Below are positions 45,250 to 53,963 of a stretch of 64,000 nucleotides of DNA, piece by piece (position 1 is the stretch's first letter; every line of letters begins with the position of its first letter). The notes under the pieces are model-generated. The model worked only from the letters and a program-made list of their open reading frames with translations. It was not told the DNA's origin and did no database searches. The position numbers and the translations under genes were made by a program. The DNA comes from Campylobacterales bacterium (GTDB lineage Bacteria; Campylobacterota; Campylobacteria; Campylobacterales; QNZT01): NCBI GenBank assembly GCA_027068765.1, contig JAMOMC010000182.1:2955-66954 (forward strand), read 5' to 3'.

Positions 45250-45261
45250 TGCTTGAGAGGG

Positions 45262-45284
45262 GGGGAGGTTTTATAGCTCTCCCC
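45262..45284 (+). terminator. Putative terminator hairpin after cytochrome 2
   Basis: GGGGAG (45262-67) pairs with CTCCCC (45279-84) inside a G7 run, with an 11-nt loop. The downstream T-tract is weak. Confidence 0.45.
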
Positions 45285-45371
45285 TTAATCTTTAAAATAA
45301 AATATATTTTATATAAATAGTTATAAAATAAACATAAACAATAAAACAGAAAAAGTTTTCACTTATAAATT

Positions 45372-45428
45372 AATCTTATATATTAATTTTTGAATTTTAC
45401 AAGAGTATCATCTGTTTCTTATTATAAT
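45372..45428 (+). promoter_or_regulatory. Paralogue-type promoter P3
   Basis: AATCTTATAT is at 45372 and TATAAT at 45423-45428 (51-nt offset). The ATG is 34 nt downstream of the -10 element. Confidence 0.5.
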
Positions 45429-45461
45429 ATGTTATAACTATAGCATAAGGAAAAATCTATT

Positions 45462-47330
45462 ATGACAAAAGATTATAAAACTCTTGTACCATCTTTTGTT
45501 ATATGGTTTTTTTTAGCTATTTCTACAGTTAGTTTTGCTGCTCCTCCTCCAACAGTAAAACAAAATATCGGTATTGCTGATACAACATTTGAAAATTTAA
45601 CTAAACTAAATTGTGCATATTGCCATGCACCTGAAAAGTTAACAATTAAACAGAGAGAAGAAATGGGTTGGACTTTTGATATTCCAGAGTTAAAACCAGG
45701 TATTTTAGCAGATCGTCACCATGCAAAACTAAGAGATGGTGTGATTATGGATGAAAATACTCAGGCACCTTTTGGAACTGCTGGAGAGGTTTATACCTGT
45801 TTCTCTTGTCATAAAGTTGAGTGGAGTGATCTTAGTTTAAGATATGAGTTATCTGATAATTTTAAAGATTGTCACAATTGTCATAAAGAGCAAAATGGTG
45901 CTACTGTTCACCACTTAACACCACAAGCACAAACCCTTAATTGTAAACATTGTCACGGAGATAGGATTGATAACCCAAACAGTGGACACTATATTCCATA
46001 TGATAAAACCCCAACTAATTTTACCCCTAGAACTAGCAGAGGAAAAGGACCAAATGGTGAGGGTGCTTGTACTTTTTGTCATAAAGCAGGGGTAGATAAT
46101 GCATCTGGAGTTGTTGTAAATTCTAATGCTATAAATCACCATAGTACAGGTATTGGTCAAGGAGGAGTTTCTAAGCTTCACTGTACTTTATGTCACGATA
46201 GTAGTGCAGGTACTGATTGGGCTATTCGTAAATGTCAAAATTGTCATAGTATAGATTCTCTTCATAGTATTCAAGCTGATTCCAATGGAGATGGTGTTAT
46301 AAAAATAGGAGAAGAGTTGCCATATTTTGGTCATATTGGCAATGAACAGGCAGATTGTAAAGGGTGTCATACTGGATATTTTGAGATGGAAAATGCTTTA
46401 GATATGATTACAAAAGCTTCTATAACTCCAGAAATCTTAAATTTAAGTACATTTAAAATTGTTTTGGGAGTTGATACTGCTGTAAGAGTTAATGGATCGG
46501 CATTAACTGATGTATTATCCAATAAGAGAGTTAAATCTGTTGTAACTATGGCGGATAAAGATGGTAAAGAGATTGAGCTAACACCTGATTTTGCTTCTGA
46601 ATCTTCACTTACTATTACAGTTCCAAATACTCTGAGTCTTGGAAATTACTATCTTCGTGTAAAAAAAGGTTTTAAAAGTAGTAATCCTATAAATGTAGTT
46701 GTTATACCTAGTGTGAGTATTGATAAGGTAGATGTCTCAAATGAGCTATTAGTTGTTCAAGGTCAAGGTTTTGGTAAACATATGTATGGATTAGATTCAA
46801 AGACTAAAATATCATTAGATGAGTCGATATGTAGTGTTGACTCTTGGAGTGACAATAAAATTGTAGCCGAATGTAGCTTGGAATGTGGAGCATTGGTTAT
46901 AGATAGTGTTTTTGGAAAAAGCACCTATATGGTTGATTGTATTGATAGTAGTGATAACTATCAAAAAGGGTATGACTCATCTTATAAATTAGCATTTAAC
47001 CAAGGAAATAGTGATAGATGTGAAGGCAGAACTTGGAGTATAGATGCTAACTTAAAATATGATACAAGATTTAACCAAGGTTATGCGGATGGATATGTAT
47101 ATGCATATGATGAAGGTTGGGAGAGTGATTGTTCAGGGATTGATAATGGTGATTTTGAAGTAGGATATGAAGCGGCACAAGATGCAGGATTTACTAAAGG
47201 TAGTTATGATAAATGTAGTGGTAAAAATTGGAATATAGAAGTTTTGTTGAGATATGATACTAAATATGAACAAGGATATAGTGAAGGATATATAGAGGCT
47301 TATGATGAAGGTTGGGAGAGCTGTAATTAG
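45462..47330 (+). CDS. Secreted octahaem c-type cytochrome, paralogue 3 (2 C-terminal repeats)
   Basis: It has an AAGGA RBS and a signal peptide (...STVSFA/APPP). There are eight CxxCH motifs (CAYCH, CFSCH, CHNCH, CKHCH, CTFCH, CTLCH, CQNCH, CKGCH), two IPT-like domains and two repeats. No terminator precedes the next gene. Confidence 0.9.
   Translation: MTKDYKTLVPSFVIWFFLAISTVSFAAPPPTVKQNIGIADTTFENLTKLNCAYCHAPEKLTIKQREEMGWTFDIPELKPGILADRHHAKLRDGVIMDENTQAPFGTAGEVYTCFSCHKVEWSDLSLRYELSDNFKDCHNCHKEQNGATVHHLTPQAQTLNCKHCHGDRIDNPNSGHYIPYDKTPTNFTPRTSRGKGPNGEGACTFCHKAGVDNASGVVVNSNAINHHSTGIGQGGVSKLHCTLCHDSSAGTDWAIRKCQNCHSIDSLHSIQADSNGDGVIKIGEELPYFGHIGNEQADCKGCHTGYFEMENALDMITKASITPEILNLSTFKIVLGVDTAVRVNGSALTDVLSNKRVKSVVTMADKDGKEIELTPDFASESSLTITVPNTLSLGNYYLRVKKGFKSSNPINVVVIPSVSIDKVDVSNELLVVQGQGFGKHMYGLDSKTKISLDESICSVDSWSDNKIVAECSLECGALVIDSVFGKSTYMVDCIDSSDNYQKGYDSSYKLAFNQGNSDRCEGRTWSIDANLKYDTRFNQGYADGYVYAYDEGWESDCSGIDNGDFEVGYEAAQDAGFTKGSYDKCSGKNWNIEVLLRYDTKYEQGYSEGYIEAYDEGWESCN
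46959..47327 (+). repeat. Two copies of the C-terminal YDW/two-Cys repeat (paralogue 3)
   Basis: The two copies are YQKGYDSSYKLAFNQGNSDRCEGRTWSIDANLKYDTRFNQGYADGYVYAYDEGWESDC and FEVGYEAAQDAGFTKGSYDKCSGKNWNIEVLLRYDTKYEQGYSEGYIEAYDEGWESC. Confidence 0.85.
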
Positions 47331-47357
47331 CAGTTTTAAAAAATTTAGGAGAATATT

Positions 47358-49199
47358 GTGTTAAAAAATATATGTAAAATGGCTTTTGCTATTTTGATGA
47401 TAGTATCTTTTTCTCATACAGCTCTTTTAGCTAAAGAGTCTATAATAGTTGGGTTTTATAAGGATTTGAGTAGTAGTGAAAGGGTATTGATTGAAAATAG
47501 TGGAGGAGTGATTAAACATACTTATAAGTTGATTCCAGCTATCTCTATGGAGATAGCAAAGGAGCGTATTGAAAAATTAAAAGGCTACTCTTTTGTAAAA
47601 TATATAGAAGAAGATAAAAGTGTTGTCTCAATAAAAAAGTTATCTAAAAAATCTCAAAGAGCTTATCAAAACTCTTTTTTTCAAAATGATATTTCAGGTG
47701 ATGAGTATCAAAATAGCTTGGGAGTTTCCAAGATAAATAGTAAAGTAGCTCATGATAAAAATATCACAGGTAAAGGTGTAAAAATTGCTATTTTGGACTC
47801 TGGAATAAACTACAATCATCAAGATTTAAAAGATAACTATAGTGGTGGACATAATTTTATAATGGATGCAAACTCTTCTGACCCATATGATGATGGTTGG
47901 AATACTCACGGAACTCATATGGCAGGAATAATTGCTGCAAAAAATAATGGAGTAGGTGTAGTTGGTGTTGCACCTTCAGCCTCTATATATGCTGTAAAAG
48001 TGTTAGATTATAATGGTTTTGGAATGGTTAGTGATGTAATTGCTGGTATTGAGTGGGCTGTGTCTAACGATATGGATATAGCAAATATTAGCATTTCAGG
48101 TATTGATTCAGATGTGTTAGAGGCTACTTGTGATGCGGCACAAGATGAGGGATTATTGATAATTGCATCTGCTGGAAACAGTTATGGTGAAAGTGCCTTG
48201 TTTCCAGCATCTTATGACTCAGTTGTTGCTGTTGGTAGTGTTGATGCTGAAAATAAATTAGGTTTTTTCTCACCTATCGATACAGCAGTAGAGATAGTTG
48301 CTCCTGGTTTAGATATTTTGTCAACTTCAAAAGATAATGGATACGATATTATGAGTGGCACTTCTCAATCAACTGCTTTTGTTAGTGGTGTGGCTGCTTT
48401 GATAATTTCATCTGGTGTGCGTGATATTAACGAAGATGGTGAGATAAATAACTTGGATGTAAGAGAAAAACTACAAATCTCTGCATTAGATTTGGGTGAG
48501 ATTGGTCGTGATGATAAATTTGGATATGGATTGGTAGATGCAAATAGTTCACTTTTTGTCTCTTCTTTACCTATACTTACTGAGGATACATACGAGCAAG
48601 GTTATAAAGATGCACAAGATGCAGGTTTTGCAGAAGGCAGAGATGACTCATGCGGATATAAGATATGGAATATAGATGCAAATTTAACATATGATACTAA
48701 ATATAATGATGGTTATGCAGTTGGTTACATAGAAGCCTATGATAAAGGCTGGGAGAGTTGTAAAAATGTAGATAACAACTCTAGTGACAACAATAATTCT
48801 AGTTATGATGATGGCTTTAAATCTGCTCAAGATGCGGGTTTTACAGATGGTAAAAATGATTCTTGTGGCAATGATGTCTGGAGTATAGGAGTTTTTCTAA
48901 GTTTTGATACAGACTATGATATAGGTTATGCAGATGGATATATAAAAGCTTATGATGATGGCTGGGAGAGTTGTAGAAGTGACGAGGATAAACTTAGTTA
49001 TGATGAGGGTTTTAAAGCTTCCATAGAGATAGGGGCTAAAAAAGGAAAAAGTGACTCTTGTGCCAATAGGGCTTGGAGCATTGATGTGGAGCTAGATTAT
49101 AACACTAGATATAACGAAGGTTATGCAGATGGTTATATAAAATCTTATGATGAAGCTTGGGAGAGTGATAAGAGTGATTGTTCTGAACAATCGGAATAA
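47358..49199 (+). CDS. Subtilisin-like serine protease (S8) with I9-like propeptide and three C-terminal YDW/two-Cys repeats
   Basis: The GTG start lies 6 nt after AGGAG and 28 nt after the cytochrome 3 stop. It has a signal peptide and a propeptide-like segment (IIVGFYKD...YSFVKYIEEDKSV). Catalytic boxes are VKIAILDSG (D147), HGTHMAG (H184), SAGNS (N274) and SGTSQSTAFVSG (S336). Repeats span aa 412-468, 483-539 and 548-608. Confidence 0.9.
   Translation: MLKNICKMAFAILMIVSFSHTALLAKESIIVGFYKDLSSSERVLIENSGGVIKHTYKLIPAISMEIAKERIEKLKGYSFVKYIEEDKSVVSIKKLSKKSQRAYQNSFFQNDISGDEYQNSLGVSKINSKVAHDKNITGKGVKIAILDSGINYNHQDLKDNYSGGHNFIMDANSSDPYDDGWNTHGTHMAGIIAAKNNGVGVVGVAPSASIYAVKVLDYNGFGMVSDVIAGIEWAVSNDMDIANISISGIDSDVLEATCDAAQDEGLLIIASAGNSYGESALFPASYDSVVAVGSVDAENKLGFFSPIDTAVEIVAPGLDILSTSKDNGYDIMSGTSQSTAFVSGVAALIISSGVRDINEDGEINNLDVREKLQISALDLGEIGRDDKFGYGLVDANSSLFVSSLPILTEDTYEQGYKDAQDAGFAEGRDDSCGYKIWNIDANLTYDTKYNDGYAVGYIEAYDKGWESCKNVDNNSSDNNNSSYDDGFKSAQDAGFTDGKNDSCGNDVWSIGVFLSFDTDYDIGYADGYIKAYDDGWESCRSDEDKLSYDEGFKASIEIGAKKGKSDSCANRAWSIDVELDYNTRYNEGYADGYIKSYDEAWESDKSDCSEQSE
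48591..49181 (+). repeat. Three copies of the YDW/two-Cys repeat on the protease
   Basis: The three copies begin YEQGYKDAQDAGFAEGRDDSCGYKIWNIDANLTYDTKYNDGYAVGYIEAYDKGWESC, YDDGFKSAQDAGFTDGKNDSCGNDVWSIGVFLSFDTDYDIGYADGYIKAYDDGWESC and YDEGFKASIEIGAKKGKSDSCANRAWSIDVELDYNTRYNEGYADGYIKSYDEAWESDKSDC. Confidence 0.85.
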
Positions 49200-49229
49200 T
49201 ATTTTATTAAAATTAGGAGATAAAAATAT

Positions 49230-50255
49230 ATGAGTATAATTAAAAATAAGAGTAATGGTTTGTTGATTTTGGGTTTTAGTGTTTTAATTTCAGGTGTTTT
49301 AAATGCATCTGTCAAAGTAGACAACAATACAACAGTTACAGAGCAAAAAACTGTTTTTACAGAAATTGTAGCTACCGTTAATGGAGAAAATATTTATAAA
49401 AGCCAATTAGATAAATTGATAAAAAAAGAGTTAAGAAACGATAGTATATTAAAATCTTCAGGTACAAATAGTGCTCAAGAGAGTGTATTAAGACATACAA
49501 TTCTCAATAAGTTAATTGAAAAAGAGATTTTAAAACAAGCTAGCTTAAAAGAGCCTATTTTAGATATTGATAAGAAGATAAAAGAGGATATTGCTACAAT
49601 CAAAGAGAAATATGGAAGTATTGAAAAATATAAATCTTATCTGCAAGATATGTCAGATGAAGAGTTTAACACTCTTTTGAAAAATAAAGTACAAATGAAA
49701 GAGTATCTTAAAAAACAAGGAGTTGTTAATCCAGATATTCCAGAAGAAGAGATAAAAAAGTTTTATGGTGATGGAACAGGAAGTTTTAAAGTAGAAGAGC
49801 TTATAAAGGCTAAACAGATTTTACTTCTTTTTAAAGCAGATATAAATGAAGATGAAAAAAATAAGATTAAAGAGAAAGCAGAAAAGTTAAGAGAGCAAAT
49901 TGCAAATGGAGCAGATTTTTCAAAATTAGCAAAAGAGCATTCACAAAGTGGAGAAGCTAATGCAACTGTAGCAGGAGATCTAGGAATTGTTAAAAAAGGT
50001 TATATGCCAAAAGAGTTTGATGAAGTTGCATTTGCTATGAAAAAAGGAGAGTTAAGTAAAGTTTTTGCTTCTAAATTTGGATATCATATCGTCAAAGTTA
50101 CTGATAGGCGAGAGGCTGGAGTTACTCCTTATGAAGATGTAAAAGATTTTATTCGTAAATTTTTACAAGAGAAAGAGACAGTAAAGATGTTAGATGCTCT
50201 TAAAAAGAGACTTAAGTCTGAAGCAAAAGTTGAAATAATGTTAGATAAAAAGTAG
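49230..50255 (+). CDS. Periplasmic SurA/PpiC-type (parvulin) peptidyl-prolyl isomerase
   Basis: AGGAG sits 10 nt upstream of the ATG, and there is a signal peptide. A SurA_N-like helical N-terminal part is followed by the parvulin domain: KAKQILL...FSKLAKEHSQ...GDLGIVKKGYMPKEFDEVAF...GELSKVFASKFGYHIVKV. Confidence 0.85.
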   Translation: MSIIKNKSNGLLILGFSVLISGVLNASVKVDNNTTVTEQKTVFTEIVATVNGENIYKSQLDKLIKKELRNDSILKSSGTNSAQESVLRHTILNKLIEKEILKQASLKEPILDIDKKIKEDIATIKEKYGSIEKYKSYLQDMSDEEFNTLLKNKVQMKEYLKKQGVVNPDIPEEEIKKFYGDGTGSFKVEELIKAKQILLLFKADINEDEKNKIKEKAEKLREQIANGADFSKLAKEHSQSGEANATVAGDLGIVKKGYMPKEFDEVAFAMKKGELSKVFASKFGYHIVKVTDRREAGVTPYEDVKDFIRKFLQEKETVKMLDALKKRLKSEAKVEIMLDKK

Positions 50256-50280
50256 TATTTAGCTTGATAAACTAACATAA

Positions 50281-50311
50281 CTTGACAATACTAGACTCAA
50301 TGTTGTATAAT
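50281..50311 (+). promoter_or_regulatory. clpB promoter with overlapping HAIR-like (HspR-type) inverted repeat
   Basis: TTGACA (50282-87), an 18-nt spacer, then TATAAT (50306-11). CTTGACA-N7-ACTCAAT (50281-50301) matches the HAIR consensus CTTGAGT-N7-ACTCAAG at 11 of 14 positions. Confidence 0.45.
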
Positions 50312-50340
50312 AGTGAAAACTATTTAATTAAGGAGACAAC

Positions 50341-52920
50341 ATGAGTAAAGAGTTATTTGATAAACTAACAAATGCTTTAAATGAAGCAGTCCAAAGTGCA
50401 ATTTCTTTAGCACTTCATAGTAAAAACCAAGAGGTGCAGCCACTGCATCTTCTCTGGGGACAAATTACAAATACAAGCTCACTTTTAAATCAAGCACTAA
50501 ATAAGATGAGTATTGACAAATCAGCACTTTCGCTTGAACTAAAAAGTGAAGTGGAAAAATTTCCAAAAGTCTCATCTGTTACAAAAGAAAATATTAAACT
50601 TTCACGCCAATTGGTAGAGTCTTTGCAAAAATCAGAAGCATTAATGGTTCAAAATGGAGATAAATTTATCTCTGTTGATACTTGGATTTTAGCAAACCTT
50701 GACAATGTACAGATAAAACCATCACTCTCAAAGTTTGTAGATTTATTGGAGCTTAAAAAGACACTTGAAGCCATTAGAGGTGGGAGAAAAATCGATTCAG
50801 CTAGTGGTGATGAGAAATTAGAAGCACTTGAAAAATATGGAATTGATTTAACTAAAAAAGCAATTGAAAATGAGCTAGATCCAGTGATTGGAAGAGATGA
50901 AGAGATACAGAGAATGATGCAGATACTAATTCGTAAAACTAAAAACAATCCTATACTTCTAGGAGAACCTGGTGTTGGTAAAACTGCTCTTGCCGAGGGC
51001 TTGGCACAAAAGATTGCAGATAAAGATGTACCGCTTTCACTTCAAAATAAAAAAGTCATCTCTTTAGATATGAGTACTTTAATAGCAGGTGCAAAGTATC
51101 GTGGTGAGTTTGAAGATCGTTTAAAAGCTGTTATTGAAGAGGTTAAAAAAGATGGAAATATTATACTTTTTATAGATGAGATTCATACAATTGTAGGAGC
51201 AGGGGCAAGTGAGGGGAGTATGGATGCTGCAAATATCTTAAAACCAGCTTTAGCTCGTGGAGAGCTTCATACCATTGGAGCTACCACACTTAAAGAGTAT
51301 AGAAAGTATTTTGAAAAAGATGCAGCACTTGGTAGAAGATTTCAGCCTATAAAAGTTGAAGAGCCTAGTCAAAATGAAGCTTTACAAATTATGAGAGGAA
51401 TTAAAGAGCGTCTTGAGGCTCACCATAATGTACAAATTTTAGATAGTGCACTGATAGCTGCTGTTAAGTTAAGTAGTAGATATATAACAAATAGATATTT
51501 ACCCGATAAGTCGATTGATCTTATTGATGAAGCTGCAGCTGAGCTTAAGATGCAAATTGAGTCTGAGCCTTTTGAGCTTAGCCGTACAAAAAGAGAAGTT
51601 GAGACTTTGAAAGTTGAAAAAGAAGCACTTTTGATGGAAAAAAATGCCAAAAATAGTGATAGATTAGAGATGATAGAAAAGGAGATTGCAGACCTTGAAG
51701 AGAAGAGGTTATCTCTTCAAACTCAATTTGAAAATGAGAAGAGTGTTTTTAAAGAGATAGCAGAGCAAAAAAGTAAGATTGATGAGTTAAAAAGAGAGAG
51801 CGATATTGCAAAAAGAGATGGTGACTTTAATAAAGCGGCTGAAATTGAGTATAGTGAAATTCCAAAAATAGAGGATAAATCTAAAGAGTTAAACTTAAAA
51901 TGGGAACAGATGCAAATAGGTGGAGTACTTTTAAAAAATAGTGTTGATGATGAGATGATTGCCACTATTGTTAGCAAATGGACTTCTATTCCTGTAAATA
52001 AGATGCTTCAAAGTGACAAGCAGAGAATACTTGGTGTTGAAGATGAGCTTAAAAAAAGAGTCATAGGTCAAGATAGTGCATTAAAAGCAATTTCAAGGGC
52101 TATTAAAAGAAATAAAGCTGGACTTTCAGATGAAAATAGGCCAATTGGGAGCTTTATGTTCTTAGGTCCAACTGGTGTAGGTAAAACTGAAAGTGCAAAA
52201 GCATTAGCTACATTTTTGTTTGATAGTGATAAGTTGCTTATTAGATTTGATATGAGTGAATATATGGAAAAACATGCTGTGAGTCGTCTTGTTGGTGCTC
52301 CTCCTGGATATGTTGGTTATGATGAGGGTGGACAACTAACAGAAGCGGTTAGAACAAAACCATATAGTGTAATTTTATTTGATGAGATTGAAAAAGCTCA
52401 TCCAGATGTTTTTAATATACTGCTTCAAGTTCTTGATGATGGAAGATTAACAGATAATAAAGGTGTGACGGTTGATTTTAAAAATACGATTATTATTCTC
52501 ACTTCAAATATAGCGAGTGATAAAATCATGGGAGAGAGTGATACACAAAAGCGAGAAAAAGCAGTTCGTGATGAGCTTAAGTTACATTTTAAACCAGAGT
52601 TTTTAAATAGGCTTGATGATATAGTGATTTTTAATCCTCTTGGATTAAAAGAGATAACTTCGATTGTGGATATAATTATAAAATCACTTCAAGATAAATT
52701 AAGTCAAAGAGATATATCTTTGGAGATTAGCTTGGAGGCAAAAGAGCTTATTGGTGAAGCTGGGTTTGATCCAGTTTATGGGGCTAGACCTTTGAAAAGG
52801 GCGGTTTATGAGATGATTGAAGATAAGCTTGCTGAGATGATTTTAGAAGATAAGATTGTAGAGGGAAGTAAGGTTAATGTCAAAAGAGATGCGGATAGAC
52901 TTGTTTTTGATGTAGTTTAG
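50341..52920 (+). CDS. clpB: ATP-dependent chaperone/disaggregase ClpB
   Basis: It is 859 aa with a Clp_N region and two AAA+ modules (GEPGVGKTA and GPTGVGKTE Walker A). A long coiled-coil middle domain lies between them. Confidence 0.95.
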   Translation: MSKELFDKLTNALNEAVQSAISLALHSKNQEVQPLHLLWGQITNTSSLLNQALNKMSIDKSALSLELKSEVEKFPKVSSVTKENIKLSRQLVESLQKSEALMVQNGDKFISVDTWILANLDNVQIKPSLSKFVDLLELKKTLEAIRGGRKIDSASGDEKLEALEKYGIDLTKKAIENELDPVIGRDEEIQRMMQILIRKTKNNPILLGEPGVGKTALAEGLAQKIADKDVPLSLQNKKVISLDMSTLIAGAKYRGEFEDRLKAVIEEVKKDGNIILFIDEIHTIVGAGASEGSMDAANILKPALARGELHTIGATTLKEYRKYFEKDAALGRRFQPIKVEEPSQNEALQIMRGIKERLEAHHNVQILDSALIAAVKLSSRYITNRYLPDKSIDLIDEAAAELKMQIESEPFELSRTKREVETLKVEKEALLMEKNAKNSDRLEMIEKEIADLEEKRLSLQTQFENEKSVFKEIAEQKSKIDELKRESDIAKRDGDFNKAAEIEYSEIPKIEDKSKELNLKWEQMQIGGVLLKNSVDDEMIATIVSKWTSIPVNKMLQSDKQRILGVEDELKKRVIGQDSALKAISRAIKRNKAGLSDENRPIGSFMFLGPTGVGKTESAKALATFLFDSDKLLIRFDMSEYMEKHAVSRLVGAPPGYVGYDEGGQLTEAVRTKPYSVILFDEIEKAHPDVFNILLQVLDDGRLTDNKGVTVDFKNTIIILTSNIASDKIMGESDTQKREKAVRDELKLHFKPEFLNRLDDIVIFNPLGLKEITSIVDIIIKSLQDKLSQRDISLEISLEAKELIGEAGFDPVYGARPLKRAVYEMIEDKLAEMILEDKIVEGSKVNVKRDADRLVFDVV

Positions 52921-53963
52921 ATAATCGTTTTTATATGGTTAAAGCTCTGTTTGGCGATTAGATTTATATCTTTATTATCTATTTGTATCACTGTGTCATC
53001 TACCCCTAATGGACCATAAAGCGAGGGGTTGGTGGCATTAAATAGAGCTATTACAGGTGTTAGTGAAGCACTTGCTAGATGCATAGGTCCAGTATCTGCG
53101 GAGATAAAAATATCTAATGCTGAGAAAATTTTTGCTAAATCTCTTAAGTTTGAAGATGAGATAAATGGCAAATTAGGGAGTAGGGCTTTTTTCTCATCAG
53201 GTGGTAAAATGTCTATAAAAATGGTATTACTATCAATCTCTTTTAGCTCTTTTAAAAACTCTATCCACCAACTATCTTTAATCTTTTTTTCACCTCTTGC
53301 ATCTCTAAAGATACCAACAATTTTTGATGAAGTCTTAAGATTTAGAGCCTCTTTAAGCATTTTTATGCCTTCATCTCTCTCTTTTTTAGATAATGCTATA
53401 TCTAAATACTTAGTATACTCTTTTTCCTCTCCTTCAAAAACACTCATCAAAGCTAAAGGCTTTAGTGCTTCGTGTGATATGTTTTTTGGGTATATTGCAA
53501 ATCTATTTAGAGGTAACCAAGTGTTTGTATTATAAAAACCAAGTTTTAAGTTAGCTTTGATTAAAAAAGTTGCAATATTTGAGCTTACAGATACTGAAAC
53601 TGGGGATATTAATAGGTCATAGTTGTTTTTATTTATCTCTTTTATCTTTTTGAAAAGTTTTATAGGGTTTTTTGTAAGCTCTCTTGGTAGGGCATATACA
53701 TTTTCAATATTTGGCATCTCTTTGATAATTGGTATTGTAAAAGGAGCACCAACCAATACATCTACTTTTGCATCTGGTATTTTTTTTTCAAGTGCTCTTA
53801 TCAAGGGGGTGAGAAATATAATATTTCCAATTCTATAATTAACACGAACTATGAGAACTCTTTTTATGTAAAAGGGATTAATTGTTATGTTAGTGTTTTT
53901 TTGATTTGATAGTTTTGAAAGAGCTAGGTTTAAAAAAGCTCTTAATCTTTTTCTTATACTCAT
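52917..53963 (-). CDS. Glycosyltransferase family 9 (heptosyltransferase-like)
   Basis: [24 protein letters not shown]...AKVDVLVG at the N-terminus and [13 protein letters not shown] near the C-terminus. Confidence 0.75.
   Translation of the reverse strand: MSIRKRLRAFLNLALSKLSNQKNTNITINPFYIKRVLIVRVNYRIGNIIFLTPLIRALEKKIPDAKVDVLVGAPFTIPIIKEMPNIENVYALPRELTKNPIKLFKKIKEINKNNYDLLISPVSVSVSSNIATFLIKANLKLGFYNTNTWLPLNRFAIYPKNISHEALKPLALMSVFEGEEKEYTKYLDIALSKKERDEGIKMLKEALNLKTSSKIVGIFRDARGEKKIKDSWWIEFLKELKEIDSNTIFIDILPPDEKKALLPNLPFISSSNLRDLAKIFSALDIFISADTGPMHLASASLTPVIALFNATNPSLYGPLGVDDTVIQIDNKDINLIAKQSFNHIKTII

Noticed and set aside
41395-46370. Antisense or alternate-frame ORFs inside the cytochrome genes (41395-41619, 43324-43632, 43655-43837, 44606-44914, 45915-46181, 46188-46370).
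   Set aside because: They overlap strongly supported CDSs with conserved CxxCH spacing. Their translations are His/Tyr/Leu-rich low-complexity sequences without RBS or motifs.
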